Positions 9,788 through 17,511 of a stretch of DNA of 64,000 bases are shown piece after piece (positions within the stretch are counted from its first letter, which is position 1; each line of letters starts with the position of its first letter). The position numbers and the translations under genes were made by a program. Under the pieces are notes generated by a model. It saw only the letters and a list, made by a program, of their open reading frames with translations, was not told the origin of the DNA and searched no databases. This DNA is from Eubacteriales bacterium (GTDB lineage Bacteria > Bacillota > Clostridia > Oscillospirales > CAG-272): contig JAZSFA010000071.1 in the NCBI GenBank assembly GCA_045531965.1, forward strand, positions 2,315-66,314, read 5' to 3'.

Positions 9788-9816
9788 TTGACAGGATGAG
9801 GAAAACGTGCTATAAT
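9788..9816 (+). promoter_or_regulatory. Sigma-A promoter of antisense sRNA
   Basis: Perfect TTGACA-17 nt-TATAAT with extended TG, and no plus-strand CDS downstream. Confidence 0.9.
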
Positions 9817-9821
9817 ACTAA

Positions 9822-9908
9822 CGTAGAGCACCGATGACGGTTGCTCCCAAGTTGCAATTATAAGAAATAACCGCCTTATGTGAGAGTCAGGCGGGTATTT
9901 CTTTTTTT
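9822..9908 (+). ncRNA. Putative antitoxin sRNA (about 87 nt) convergent on the toxin gene
   Basis: Promoter, then terminator AAGAAATAACCGCCT/AGGCGGGTATTTCTT plus T-run abutting the toxin stop codon. Confidence 0.75.
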
Positions 9909-9993
9909 ATTTGTCTCGGCGATTTTGAAAATACTCGGCGAGAGCGATAATCAAGGATAATATCATCAGTAATTCTACCAATGTAATGTACAT
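9907..9993 (-). CDS. Small hydrophobic peptide, putative type I (holin-like) toxin MYITLVELLMILSLIIALAEYFQNRRDK
   Basis: 28 aa, one TM helix and charged tail; strong GGAGGTGG RBS; own promoter; below the ORF-track cutoff. Confidence 0.8.
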   Translation of the reverse strand: MYITLVELLMILSLIIALAEYFQNRRDK

Positions 9994-10111
9994 GGTTACC
10001 ACCTCCCTCCAACGAATTTGAAGGGAGAAAAAGAAATTTTCGCTCCCTTCTGTGTTCAGGGAGCAACCGCCACCGTATATGGTGCTCTACGGGTACTTGA
10101 GTACCGAAATT

Positions 10112-10140
10112 ATTATAGCATAATTGAAGAATTAAGTCAA
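10112..10140 (-). promoter_or_regulatory. Sigma-A promoter of the toxin mRNA
   Basis: TTGACT-17 nt-TATAAT with extended TG on the minus strand. Confidence 0.85.
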
Positions 10141-10197
10141 TATCATATTATGATTTTCGTACAACAAAGGCGAGCCGAGGGGCTCGCCTTATATATT

Positions 10198-10497
10198 TTA
10201 TCCTATGAGACTTCTAAATTCTTCGGAAGCCGCGAACTGTTGAGCTTCAGAAGCACGAACTGCCAGCAAAGGATGTTCGCTGTCCTTAGTCAGCAAAAAC
10301 TCCAACACCTTATTTACCTTGCTTTCATCTACGATTTGTTTGTAATCGGTTGCCTGCTCGATGAATAAATCTTTATTGATTTCAGAATCAATATGTGTTG
10401 TGCCTCCTGCAAGACGCATCATCGTTTCAATAACAGGGGTTGCACTTCCGCAACAAATTACAGCCACTCTGTCGGCTGAAAGTTCACTACATCTTCT
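10198..10497 (-). pseudogene. 3' fragment of an M48-family metallopeptidase
   Basis: Reads RRCSELSADRVAVICCG...MMRLAGG...HPLLAVRA; HExxH part absent; homology ends at repeat copy 2; own terminator near 10167-10190; AT-richer than flanks. Confidence 0.7.
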
Positions 10498-10555
10498 TTT
10501 AAAAGTTCTTGAAGGGGTTCAAGGGGGAACTTCTTTCAAGAAGTTCTCCCTTGGC
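10498..10555 (-). repeat. REP-like palindromic repeat, copy 2 (inverted relative to copy 1)
   Basis: AAAAGTTCTTGAAGGGGTTCAAGGGGGAACTTCTTTCAAGAAGTTCTCCCTTGG. Confidence 0.85.
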
Positions 10556-11627
10556 GTTCCCTCTTGCGTTCTCCCTCGTTCTCCCCCTTCTGCTCCGCCC
10601 GTCTGAGCTGACCGCAGGAGGCGTTGATGTCCGCGCCCAGCTTGCGGCGGACGGTGGCGCGGATGCCTCGCTTTTCCAGCACAGCCGCGAAGGCCTTCAC
10701 CGCCTCATCGCTGGAGCGGGAGAAGCCTGTCTCCTCCACCTCGTTGACGGGAATGAGGTTGACGTGGATGGGCATGGTGGTGGTGCGAGTGCGAAGGTGG
10801 CGGTTTAAGACGTTGGCCAGCTTGGAGGCACCCTCGGGGGTATCGTTTTTCCCTGCGATGAGGGTGTACTCGAAGGACAGGCGGCGGCCGGTCTTGTCGT
10901 AGTAATCCTTGCAGGCGGTGAGTAGCTCGTCCACACCCCAGCGGTTGTTCACGGGCATGATGGAGGAGCGGGTCTCGTCGTCGGGGGCGTGGAGGGAGAT
11001 GGACAGGGTGATGGGGAACTCCTCCTCGGCCAGTTTATAAATGCCCGACACCACCCCGCAGGTGGACAGGGAAATGTGGCGGTAGCCGATGTTCAGCCCG
11101 TCGGGATGAGCGACGAGACGGAGGAACTTCACTACGTTGTCGTAGTTGTCCAAAGGCTCGCCGATACCCATCATGACGATGTTGGAGATGCGCTCCCCCA
11201 TGTCCTTTTGGGCGGCGATCACCTGACCCAGCAGTTCCCCGGGAATGAGATCCCGCACCTTTCCGCCGATGGTGGAGGCGCAGAACTTGCACCCCATGCG
11301 ACAGCCCACTTGGGAGGAGATGCAGATGGTGTTGCCATGGTTGTAGCGCATGACCACCGATTCCACACAGTGACCGTCGGATAGTTCAAAAAGATATTTC
11401 ACGGTGCCGTCCAGGGCGCTGACCAGCTTGCGGCGTACCTTGGGCAGATGATAGGTGGCAACGGCGGCCAGCTTTTCGCGGGTCACCTTGCCGATGTTGG
11501 TCATTTCGGCGGGAGATAGTCCCTTGTGAAGCTGGGGAAACATTTGTTTCGCTCTGTATTTGGGTTCGCCCACCGATAGGAGCAGAGCTTCCAATTCTTC
11601 GGGGAGGCATGACAGGAGATCGTTCAT
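10536..11627 (-). CDS. rlmN: 23S rRNA (A2503-C2) methyltransferase RlmN
   Basis: CISSQVGCRMGCKFC radical-SAM motif, MGIGEP, ASCGQL. Confidence 0.97.
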   Translation of the reverse strand: MNDLLSCLPEELEALLLSVGEPKYRAKQMFPQLHKGLSPAEMTNIGKVTREKLAAVATYHLPKVRRKLVSALDGTVKYLFELSDGHCVESVVMRYNHGNTICISSQVGCRMGCKFCASTIGGKVRDLIPGELLGQVIAAQKDMGERISNIVMMGIGEPLDNYDNVVKFLRLVAHPDGLNIGYRHISLSTCGVVSGIYKLAEEEFPITLSISLHAPDDETRSSIMPVNNRWGVDELLTACKDYYDKTGRRLSFEYTLIAGKNDTPEGASKLANVLNRHLRTRTTTMPIHVNLIPVNEVEETGFSRSSDEAVKAFAAVLEKRGIRATVRRKLGADINASCGQLRRAEQKGENEGERKRERQGRTS

Positions 11628-11644
11628 AGGGTACTCCTTGTATA

Positions 11645-12331
11645 TCAGTCCTCGTAAGGGACGTATTGCTTGTATTTTTCTTCATCAAAGGCGATGCCCA
11701 GATGATCGAGAAGGCGTTGATGATAGGCGTCGGTTTTTAAATTGTATTTCAAGGACCACAAGCACCACGCGTAGTCCTCCCAAGGATCGCCCACCGTGAC
11801 CTGACCGAGATCAACAAAGCCGCTGACGCGACTGCGGTGAAGAATGATATTGGGAAGGCAGAAGTCGCCGTGGATGAGGGTCGTTCCCGCTTTATCGGTT
11901 GCGGCTGTCAAAGACGGACAACCCTCGTAGGAAAGACTGTGAAAGACCTGCAAACTTTCCGCTAAAAGGTCGCACAGACGTTCGGGGTCGTTGATATAGG
12001 GGGGAGATGATGCGGGTGTGCCGTGGACAGTAGAGGTCAGCAGATAAGCATAGGTCTTATTGTCAGCGGCATCAGTGACCTCATCATAAGCCCCAACGCG
12101 AGGGGTCGCGATCCCCCCGGGGAGCTTGCCCTCCAGCCAAATGTCAGTATCTCTTTCCCGACGAAGACCCTCAAGATCTGTAGAGACTTTCAGGTAAAGA
12201 TCCTTTCCCGCGGCATATACCCACTCGGCGTTTCGCCCGATGGTTCGTCGGATCAGGGTGCGGTCGCCTAAGATCCCCGAAATCACCGGGGGGAGGGTCA
12301 GTTTGACTCGGTTGGAGTTGTTCCTGTTCAT
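11645..12331 (-). CDS. APH(3')-like phosphotransferase, shortened
   Basis: YLK, HGDFCLPNII and DLG kinase motifs. Confidence 0.85.
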   Translation of the reverse strand: MNRNNSNRVKLTLPPVISGILGDRTLIRRTIGRNAEWVYAAGKDLYLKVSTDLEGLRRERDTDIWLEGKLPGGIATPRVGAYDEVTDAADNKTYAYLLTSTVHGTPASSPPYINDPERLCDLLAESLQVFHSLSYEGCPSLTAATDKAGTTLIHGDFCLPNIILHRSRVSGFVDLGQVTVGDPWEDYAWCLWSLKYNLKTDAYHQRLLDHLGIAFDEEKYKQYVPYED

Positions 12332-12336
12332 GTCAC

Positions 12337-13752
12337 TTATTCCTTTACTGTTCTTCTTAGCTTAGCGATGAAAAAACCGTCGGTACCGTGGCGGTGGGGG
12401 AGCAGCGTAACCATGCCCCGAGAGGATGTGATAGGGGGGGCAGATGCATCCGCGGCGGGGATGGTAAAGTCCTCATAGGTAAATTCGGGATGTCGTTGTA
12501 AAAAGTCGGTCACAATTTGCTCGTTTTCAGCGGGGAGGATGGTACAGGTAGAGTAGACCAGCGCGCCTCCTGTTTTTACGTACGCGGCGCTGGCGTTCAA
12601 AATATCTTTTTGAATGGCGGGAAGCCTTGCCGATTCGGTGAGATCCTTGTGACGAAGCTCCGGCTTTTTGGCGATGACACCAAGCCCCGAGCATGGGACG
12701 TCGCACAGCACACAGTCGGCCTTGCCAATAAGTGTGGGATCGGGATTTCGGGCGTCGCGGCGTGCAACGGAAAGGATAGACAGTCCCAAACGTTCGGCGT
12801 GGGTTTGGATGAGGGACAGCTTACTTTCATGGAGATCAAAGGCATGGATCTCTCCCTCGTTTTTCATGTCAATGCCGATACCGAAGGATTTTGACCCGGG
12901 GCAGGCGCAGGTATCCACGACCAGCGCTCCGGGGGGGGCATTCAGCACGTGAACACACAGCTGAGAAGCTTCATCTTGAATAAAGAAGTCTCCGCTATCA
13001 AAGCCGGGAAGGCGTGTCACATCGCCCGTGGAAGACAGGCGAAGGGCGGTGGGAAGGTATCGCCCGGGAAGGGGCTCGTGTCTTTCTGCCGTCAGGCGCG
13101 CCGCTAACTCCGATGCGGTGGTTTTCAAGGTGTTGACGCGCAACGTCGAAGGAGGCTTTTGGAGGAATGCCGCCAGCGCGGCACAGGCTTCGGTATACCC
13201 CAATGCGTTTTGAAAAGTTTCAAACATGGCAAGGGGAACACCCAAGGCTACCGTTTCAGGGGTATAGCCTTTAGCCTGCGTTTCTGGCTGTTTCAAATCG
13301 GGAAATCGATCCGCCCACGCTTCGGGGGAGGGAAGATATTTTTCTCTCGGGGTACCTTGAGGCAAGGTGCATTCATAGCGGAGATAAGCACGCAGGATGG
13401 CATTGGCATATCCGCGGGTCCGTTTGGGAAGCAGGCTGACCGTCTCGCCAACCGCAGCGTGATCGGGGATGCGGTCGAGAAAGATCAGCTGGTACAGACC
13501 CATACGCAAGGCCAGCCGAAGGGTTTCATCCAAGGTGTCGGCCGGGCGATCGGAAAAACGGTGGATCAGATAATCCAGCGTGACCTGTCGCTCGATAACG
13601 CCGTAAACCAATGCGGTAAACAAATGACGGTCGGCTTCGGTCAGCTCATGCCTGCGAAGAACGCTGTCAACGGCTAAATTGCCATATTTTCCGCGAATGA
13701 TGCCCCCAAGGGTGGAAAGCGCAAGGGCTCGGGGGTTGCTTGTATTTGTCAT
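12337..13752 (-). CDS. rsmB: 16S rRNA (C967-C5) methyltransferase RsmB/Sun
   Basis: N-terminal NusB-like domain, IQDEAS, CACPGSKS, DVPCSG, YSTCT, DGFF. Confidence 0.95.
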   Translation of the reverse strand: MTNTSNPRALALSTLGGIIRGKYGNLAVDSVLRRHELTEADRHLFTALVYGVIERQVTLDYLIHRFSDRPADTLDETLRLALRMGLYQLIFLDRIPDHAAVGETVSLLPKRTRGYANAILRAYLRYECTLPQGTPREKYLPSPEAWADRFPDLKQPETQAKGYTPETVALGVPLAMFETFQNALGYTEACAALAAFLQKPPSTLRVNTLKTTASELAARLTAERHEPLPGRYLPTALRLSSTGDVTRLPGFDSGDFFIQDEASQLCVHVLNAPPGALVVDTCACPGSKSFGIGIDMKNEGEIHAFDLHESKLSLIQTHAERLGLSILSVARRDARNPDPTLIGKADCVLCDVPCSGLGVIAKKPELRHKDLTESARLPAIQKDILNASAAYVKTGGALVYSTCTILPAENEQIVTDFLQRHPEFTYEDFTIPAADASAPPITSSRGMVTLLPHRHGTDGFFIAKLRRTVKE

Positions 13753-13825
13753 ATGAGACTCCAATCCTGTAGCCGGGAGGCGCAAAATTTTGAATCAGGC
13801 TGTCTCCGAAAAGACAGCCTGATGG

Positions 13826-14788
13826 TTAGTCAACGTCCTCGATGACTTGCTCGGGACGGCTTTGAAGTAGTTTGGGGTTTTCGGCGTAACGGCGCATCAG
13901 CTTGAAGGCGGATGCAAAGTAATAGCCGTCGCAGATACGCTCGTCAGTGACTACTTTCAGATCAATGAGACGGCGGGTCTTGAAGGTGCCGTCTGTTTGA
14001 GGCTCTTTGACGGTCCGTTTGATACCGTATGCGACAAAGATGGGTAGGTTGCCAAAGTTATAAATATGGTGGTAGATGGGCTTGATGCCAAGGCTTCCCA
14101 TGCTGGTAATGATAAGACTACCATGGAAGGGGCTGACGCCTGTCAGAAATTTTGGTAGCCAACCGTGGTAGTCCAGCCAGTTGAGAAAGCGAACGACACC
14201 GCGCAGAATGGGTCGGGGGAAAGCGGCAAGGCGATTGGCGGTTTTGTCGAAATCGCTGTCCAATTCAGCGTTTTCCTTTTCTTTGGCCACCACGGCGTTG
14301 AACTTGTGATAAATCTCCTCGATGGTATCATCGGGTTCAAAATACACTTTGATACAGGTATCGGGGGAGTCCACGGTCATTTCTTTTTTGATGGACATGA
14401 CCACTTCGATATTATTTCGGGCATAGATCCGCTGCCCGCTGATGAAGCGGTTGATTCCCGGCTTTTGGGAAACAGTGCGGACATAAGCCGCCAGCATGAT
14501 ATGCAAAAAGCTGAAATTGTCGTAGCCTGCCGCGAGCATATCTTTAATAAACACGTCAGCCCGTGTTACGTCCAACGTTTCTGCGAACGTATTGGTTGCA
14601 TCGCAACGCATGGGCATGATAAAGGGCATGAATTTATGCATGGCATCGATAGATCTCAAACGCCGACCGTCCTTTCGATCGCCCATACGCTTTTTTCGCT
14701 GAGTAGGGGTATAGGTGCGCGGCAGTTCTTGAATGCCCTCTTGAACAACGGAGGTTTCGGAGGTGGGGTCAATCACGGGTGTTTTCAT
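13826..14788 (-). CDS. 2-oxoacid dehydrogenase E2 catalytic-domain-like protein
   Basis: ITSMGSLG and DERICDG motifs; no lipoyl domain; ATG 14788 after AAGGAG. Confidence 0.75.
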   Translation of the reverse strand: MKTPVIDPTSETSVVQEGIQELPRTYTPTQRKKRMGDRKDGRRLRSIDAMHKFMPFIMPMRCDATNTFAETLDVTRADVFIKDMLAAGYDNFSFLHIMLAAYVRTVSQKPGINRFISGQRIYARNNIEVVMSIKKEMTVDSPDTCIKVYFEPDDTIEEIYHKFNAVVAKEKENAELDSDFDKTANRLAAFPRPILRGVVRFLNWLDYHGWLPKFLTGVSPFHGSLIITSMGSLGIKPIYHHIYNFGNLPIFVAYGIKRTVKEPQTDGTFKTRRLIDLKVVTDERICDGYYFASAFKLMRRYAENPKLLQSRPEQVIEDVD

Positions 14789-14899
14789 AACAATCTCCTT
14801 GCAGATAAAGTCAAAGGATTCTACCACTATTATAACGGATTTTTGTCGAAATCGCAAGAGGGGAATGTTAACTGAATGTAAAGTATTTTGTGGCTGACC

Positions 14900-14931
14900 A
14901 AAAACTCCTCCCTGAAAAGGGAGGAGTTTTT
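14900..14931 (-). terminator. Terminator after SBP gene
   Basis: AAAAACTCCTCCCT/AGGGAGGAGTTTTT stem. Confidence 0.85.
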
Positions 14932-14937
14932 CAAACA

Positions 14938-16437
14938 TCAATCCTTGGTGATCTTATCGAGGATGTTTTTGATCTGTCTGTCAAAACGCTTGGAGTTGGA
15001 TCCGTACTTGGAGGCAAAGTCGCCATTATTTGTGTAAACACAATCGGAGAACATGGAGGAGAAACCCAAATCTGTAAAGTACATAGCCATGTCGTAGGTA
15101 CGGTTCTGGAAAATCAAATCCAGCATCTCGGCAGAGTCGGGGTCGCGGACGTTACGGCTGGTGAGCATGGTGTCATAGTAGGCGGGCTTGACCAGCTTGT
15201 AGGAAAGGACGACGTAGGCTTCCAGTACTTCCTCGAACTGCTGCTTTTCAATTTCATCCACGATGGAGGTGGGGATGCTGAGGGTGGAACCGATATCATG
15301 GGTCCACGTGATATAATTTGCCTGTGCCTTGTCGAACTTAGGCACGGGAACCACGCCGTAATCGCCTTCCATGGTCTGATTCAGCGCACGGAGATAGCTG
15401 GCTGCCTCGCAGTAGAACAGGGCACGCTCTTCAACGAAGATATCTTTGGAGAGTGCCTCGTCACCGGCTTTGGCAACATAGGAGGAGTTGTTTTCATGTA
15501 CGATGGATCTTGCCTTTTCCAGTACCTGTGTGGCTTTTTCCAAAGAGTTGCTCAGTGCCAGCTCAGGGAAGTCCATTTCGCGGCTGTTGGCAACGTATTT
15601 CAGACCTGCGCCGTAGAAGAAGGTGTTACCGATAGAGCCGGGGGAGGAGAAGCCGTATACGTCCTTCTCATCCCAGGTGCCGTCACCATTCTCGGCGGAT
15701 ACGTCCTGAATAATGGAGTTGAAATAGTCCAGCGTCCATTCGCCGTTTCTGACGGTGGTGTAAGGATCGGGGATCTTGGCCTCTTGCTGAAGGGTCTTGT
15801 TGAACATGAACACGAAGGTAACGTCGTCGTCCACAATGTTGTGGGCGCCGTTCATGAAGAAAATATTGCCATCCAGGGAGAAATCCAGTGTACCGGGATC
15901 CCACCAGGGCTGCTCGTAGTCGATGTCCATATCCAGATAGTTGTAAAGATAGGCGGAAGTAGCCATTTTGGCAGTGATGGATGCGGGGGCAGAGATCAGA
16001 TCGAAATCGCCTGTGTTGGTCTGACATTCGGCATTGACCTCGGTGGTAACACCGGCGGTCGTGGTGGGCAAAGGAAGAAAGGTGAGATTGCATCGATCCT
16101 CCAGCAGGATGTTTCTCTCATAGACAGCGTCGTTGATGACGGCACTACTGGTCTGGTCAGTTGCTTCAGCTTCAGCCTCTACTTCCTCGGAATAACCGGC
16201 AATGTCGCTGACGAAAAGGATGCAGAAATCCTCGTCTCCCCAGTCGATATCGGTCAGTCTTTCAAGGGCTTCATCTGCGGGATCTGCTGTCTCGGGCTCG
16301 GTTTCTGCGGCACCATTGGATACGGCAGCGGTGTTCGCTTGGGTTTCTGCGGGATCGTCCGCCTCTCCGCAAGCGACAAGGGAACTGAATATCATTAGTG
16401 CGGCAAGGAGTAAACTCAGAATCTTACAAACTTTCAT
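14938..16437 (-). CDS. Extracellular solute-binding lipoprotein (paralog of 38780..40288)
   Basis: Lipobox SLVAC; PWWD, GEWTLD, YGVVPVPK motifs. Confidence 0.85.
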   Translation of the reverse strand: MKVCKILSLLLAALMIFSSLVACGEADDPAETQANTAAVSNGAAETEPETADPADEALERLTDIDWGDEDFCILFVSDIAGYSEEVEAEAEATDQTSSAVINDAVYERNILLEDRCNLTFLPLPTTTAGVTTEVNAECQTNTGDFDLISAPASITAKMATSAYLYNYLDMDIDYEQPWWDPGTLDFSLDGNIFFMNGAHNIVDDDVTFVFMFNKTLQQEAKIPDPYTTVRNGEWTLDYFNSIIQDVSAENGDGTWDEKDVYGFSSPGSIGNTFFYGAGLKYVANSREMDFPELALSNSLEKATQVLEKARSIVHENNSSYVAKAGDEALSKDIFVEERALFYCEAASYLRALNQTMEGDYGVVPVPKFDKAQANYITWTHDIGSTLSIPTSIVDEIEKQQFEEVLEAYVVLSYKLVKPAYYDTMLTSRNVRDPDSAEMLDLIFQNRTYDMAMYFTDLGFSSMFSDCVYTNNGDFASKYGSNSKRFDRQIKNILDKITKD

Positions 16438-16472
16438 TTTTCCTCCAAAATAAATAATAAAGGTTATCTTAT

Positions 16473-16501
16473 ATTATACACTTTAGCGACGCTTTCGTCA
16501 A
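16473..16501 (-). promoter_or_regulatory. Sigma-A promoter of SBP gene
   Basis: TTGACG-17 nt-TATAAT. Confidence 0.8.
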
Positions 16502-16614
16502 TAGTGTAAAAGGGATCAAGGCTGAAAATCGACGAAATGCACAACTGCTGTTTAGGGAATTTGTGCAAAGGAGCAAGGCAGAGGATGATATCTTCGTGAC
16601 AGAGGGGGTGAATT

Positions 16615-17364
16615 TTAGCTATGCTTGCAAAGATGACGCATGGGGCACGTGTTGCAGGCGGGACTTCTGGCTGTGCAGACGTCTCTGCCAAACTGCACGA
16701 TCCGATGGCAAAAATCACTTTGCTCGCGCGGCTCAATGAACTGCGACATGATGGCTTCAACCTTGCCGGGATCCTTTATCTCCTCGGGATAGAAGCCCAG
16801 GCGTCCGCAAATGCGGATGCAGTGGGTGTCCGCAACTACACCGGGGACACGGTAGATATCTCCCAAGAGCAGATTGGCAATCTTTCGACCTACGCCGGGA
16901 AGGGAAAGGAGAGCATCTGTGTCGCAGGGAACAATGCCGTTGTGCTGATCGACCAAAATGGCACAGGCTTCTTTGATGTGCTTCGCTTTGGTGTGATACA
17001 AACCGCAGGGACGGACGATGTGTTCGATTTCAAGAAGATCTCCCTCTGCGATAGAGCGCGGAGAAGGAAATGCGTTAAATAGCTCCTTACAAACGATATT
17101 CACCCGCGCATCCGTGCATTGTGCCGACAGCCGTCCCATGATCAGAAGCTTCCAACTTTGCTCCAGAAGTGTAGGAGAAGGGATGTAGCCTTCGTCCCGT
17201 GTCGGGCTTTCCGGTGTGGTGGTACGATCATTTTCGTCGCACCATTCCAAGGCGCAGACGGCGGTGGGGTAGAGGCGCTTTAATATTTCGACAGTCGCGG
17301 CGGCTTTTTCGAGGGCTGCTTTTTGAGATATATAGGCTTTCTTTTTTATGGCTTTGGCAGGCAT
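16615..17364 (-). CDS. nth: Endonuclease III
   Basis: LSAQCTD, HhH LPGVGRKIAN, DTH, C-terminal Cx6Cx2Cx5C FeS motif. Confidence 0.95.
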   Translation of the reverse strand: MPAKAIKKKAYISQKAALEKAAATVEILKRLYPTAVCALEWCDENDRTTTPESPTRDEGYIPSPTLLEQSWKLLIMGRLSAQCTDARVNIVCKELFNAFPSPRSIAEGDLLEIEHIVRPCGLYHTKAKHIKEACAILVDQHNGIVPCDTDALLSLPGVGRKIANLLLGDIYRVPGVVADTHCIRICGRLGFYPEEIKDPGKVEAIMSQFIEPREQSDFCHRIVQFGRDVCTARSPACNTCPMRHLCKHS

Positions 17365-17391
17365 GATCCGCTCCTTGTGTTTGGTGGCTTT

Positions 17392-17476
17392 ATTATAGCG
17401 CAAAAACATGAATTTGTCAATTAGACGGGATGAATTCTCAAACCCCGTTGACAATTCGTTCTGAAAGCAGTATAAT
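17392..17476. promoter_or_regulatory. Back-to-back sigma-A promoters (nth and GH78)
   Basis: TTGACA-17-TATAAT on both strands (17392-17420 minus; 17448-17476 plus). Confidence 0.85.
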
Positions 17477-17511
17477 ATAATCAACGCCTATCGTGTAAGA
17501 AAGGATATTTT

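Noticed and set aside
10018..10368. 116-aa plus-strand ORF inside the cargo
   Set aside because: No RBS; it crosses the toxin promoter and a terminator and lies antisense to the M48 fragment.
11645..12331. Acquired aminoglycoside resistance gene
   Set aside because: No mobile context, composition like its neighbours, and the substrate-binding region appears deleted.
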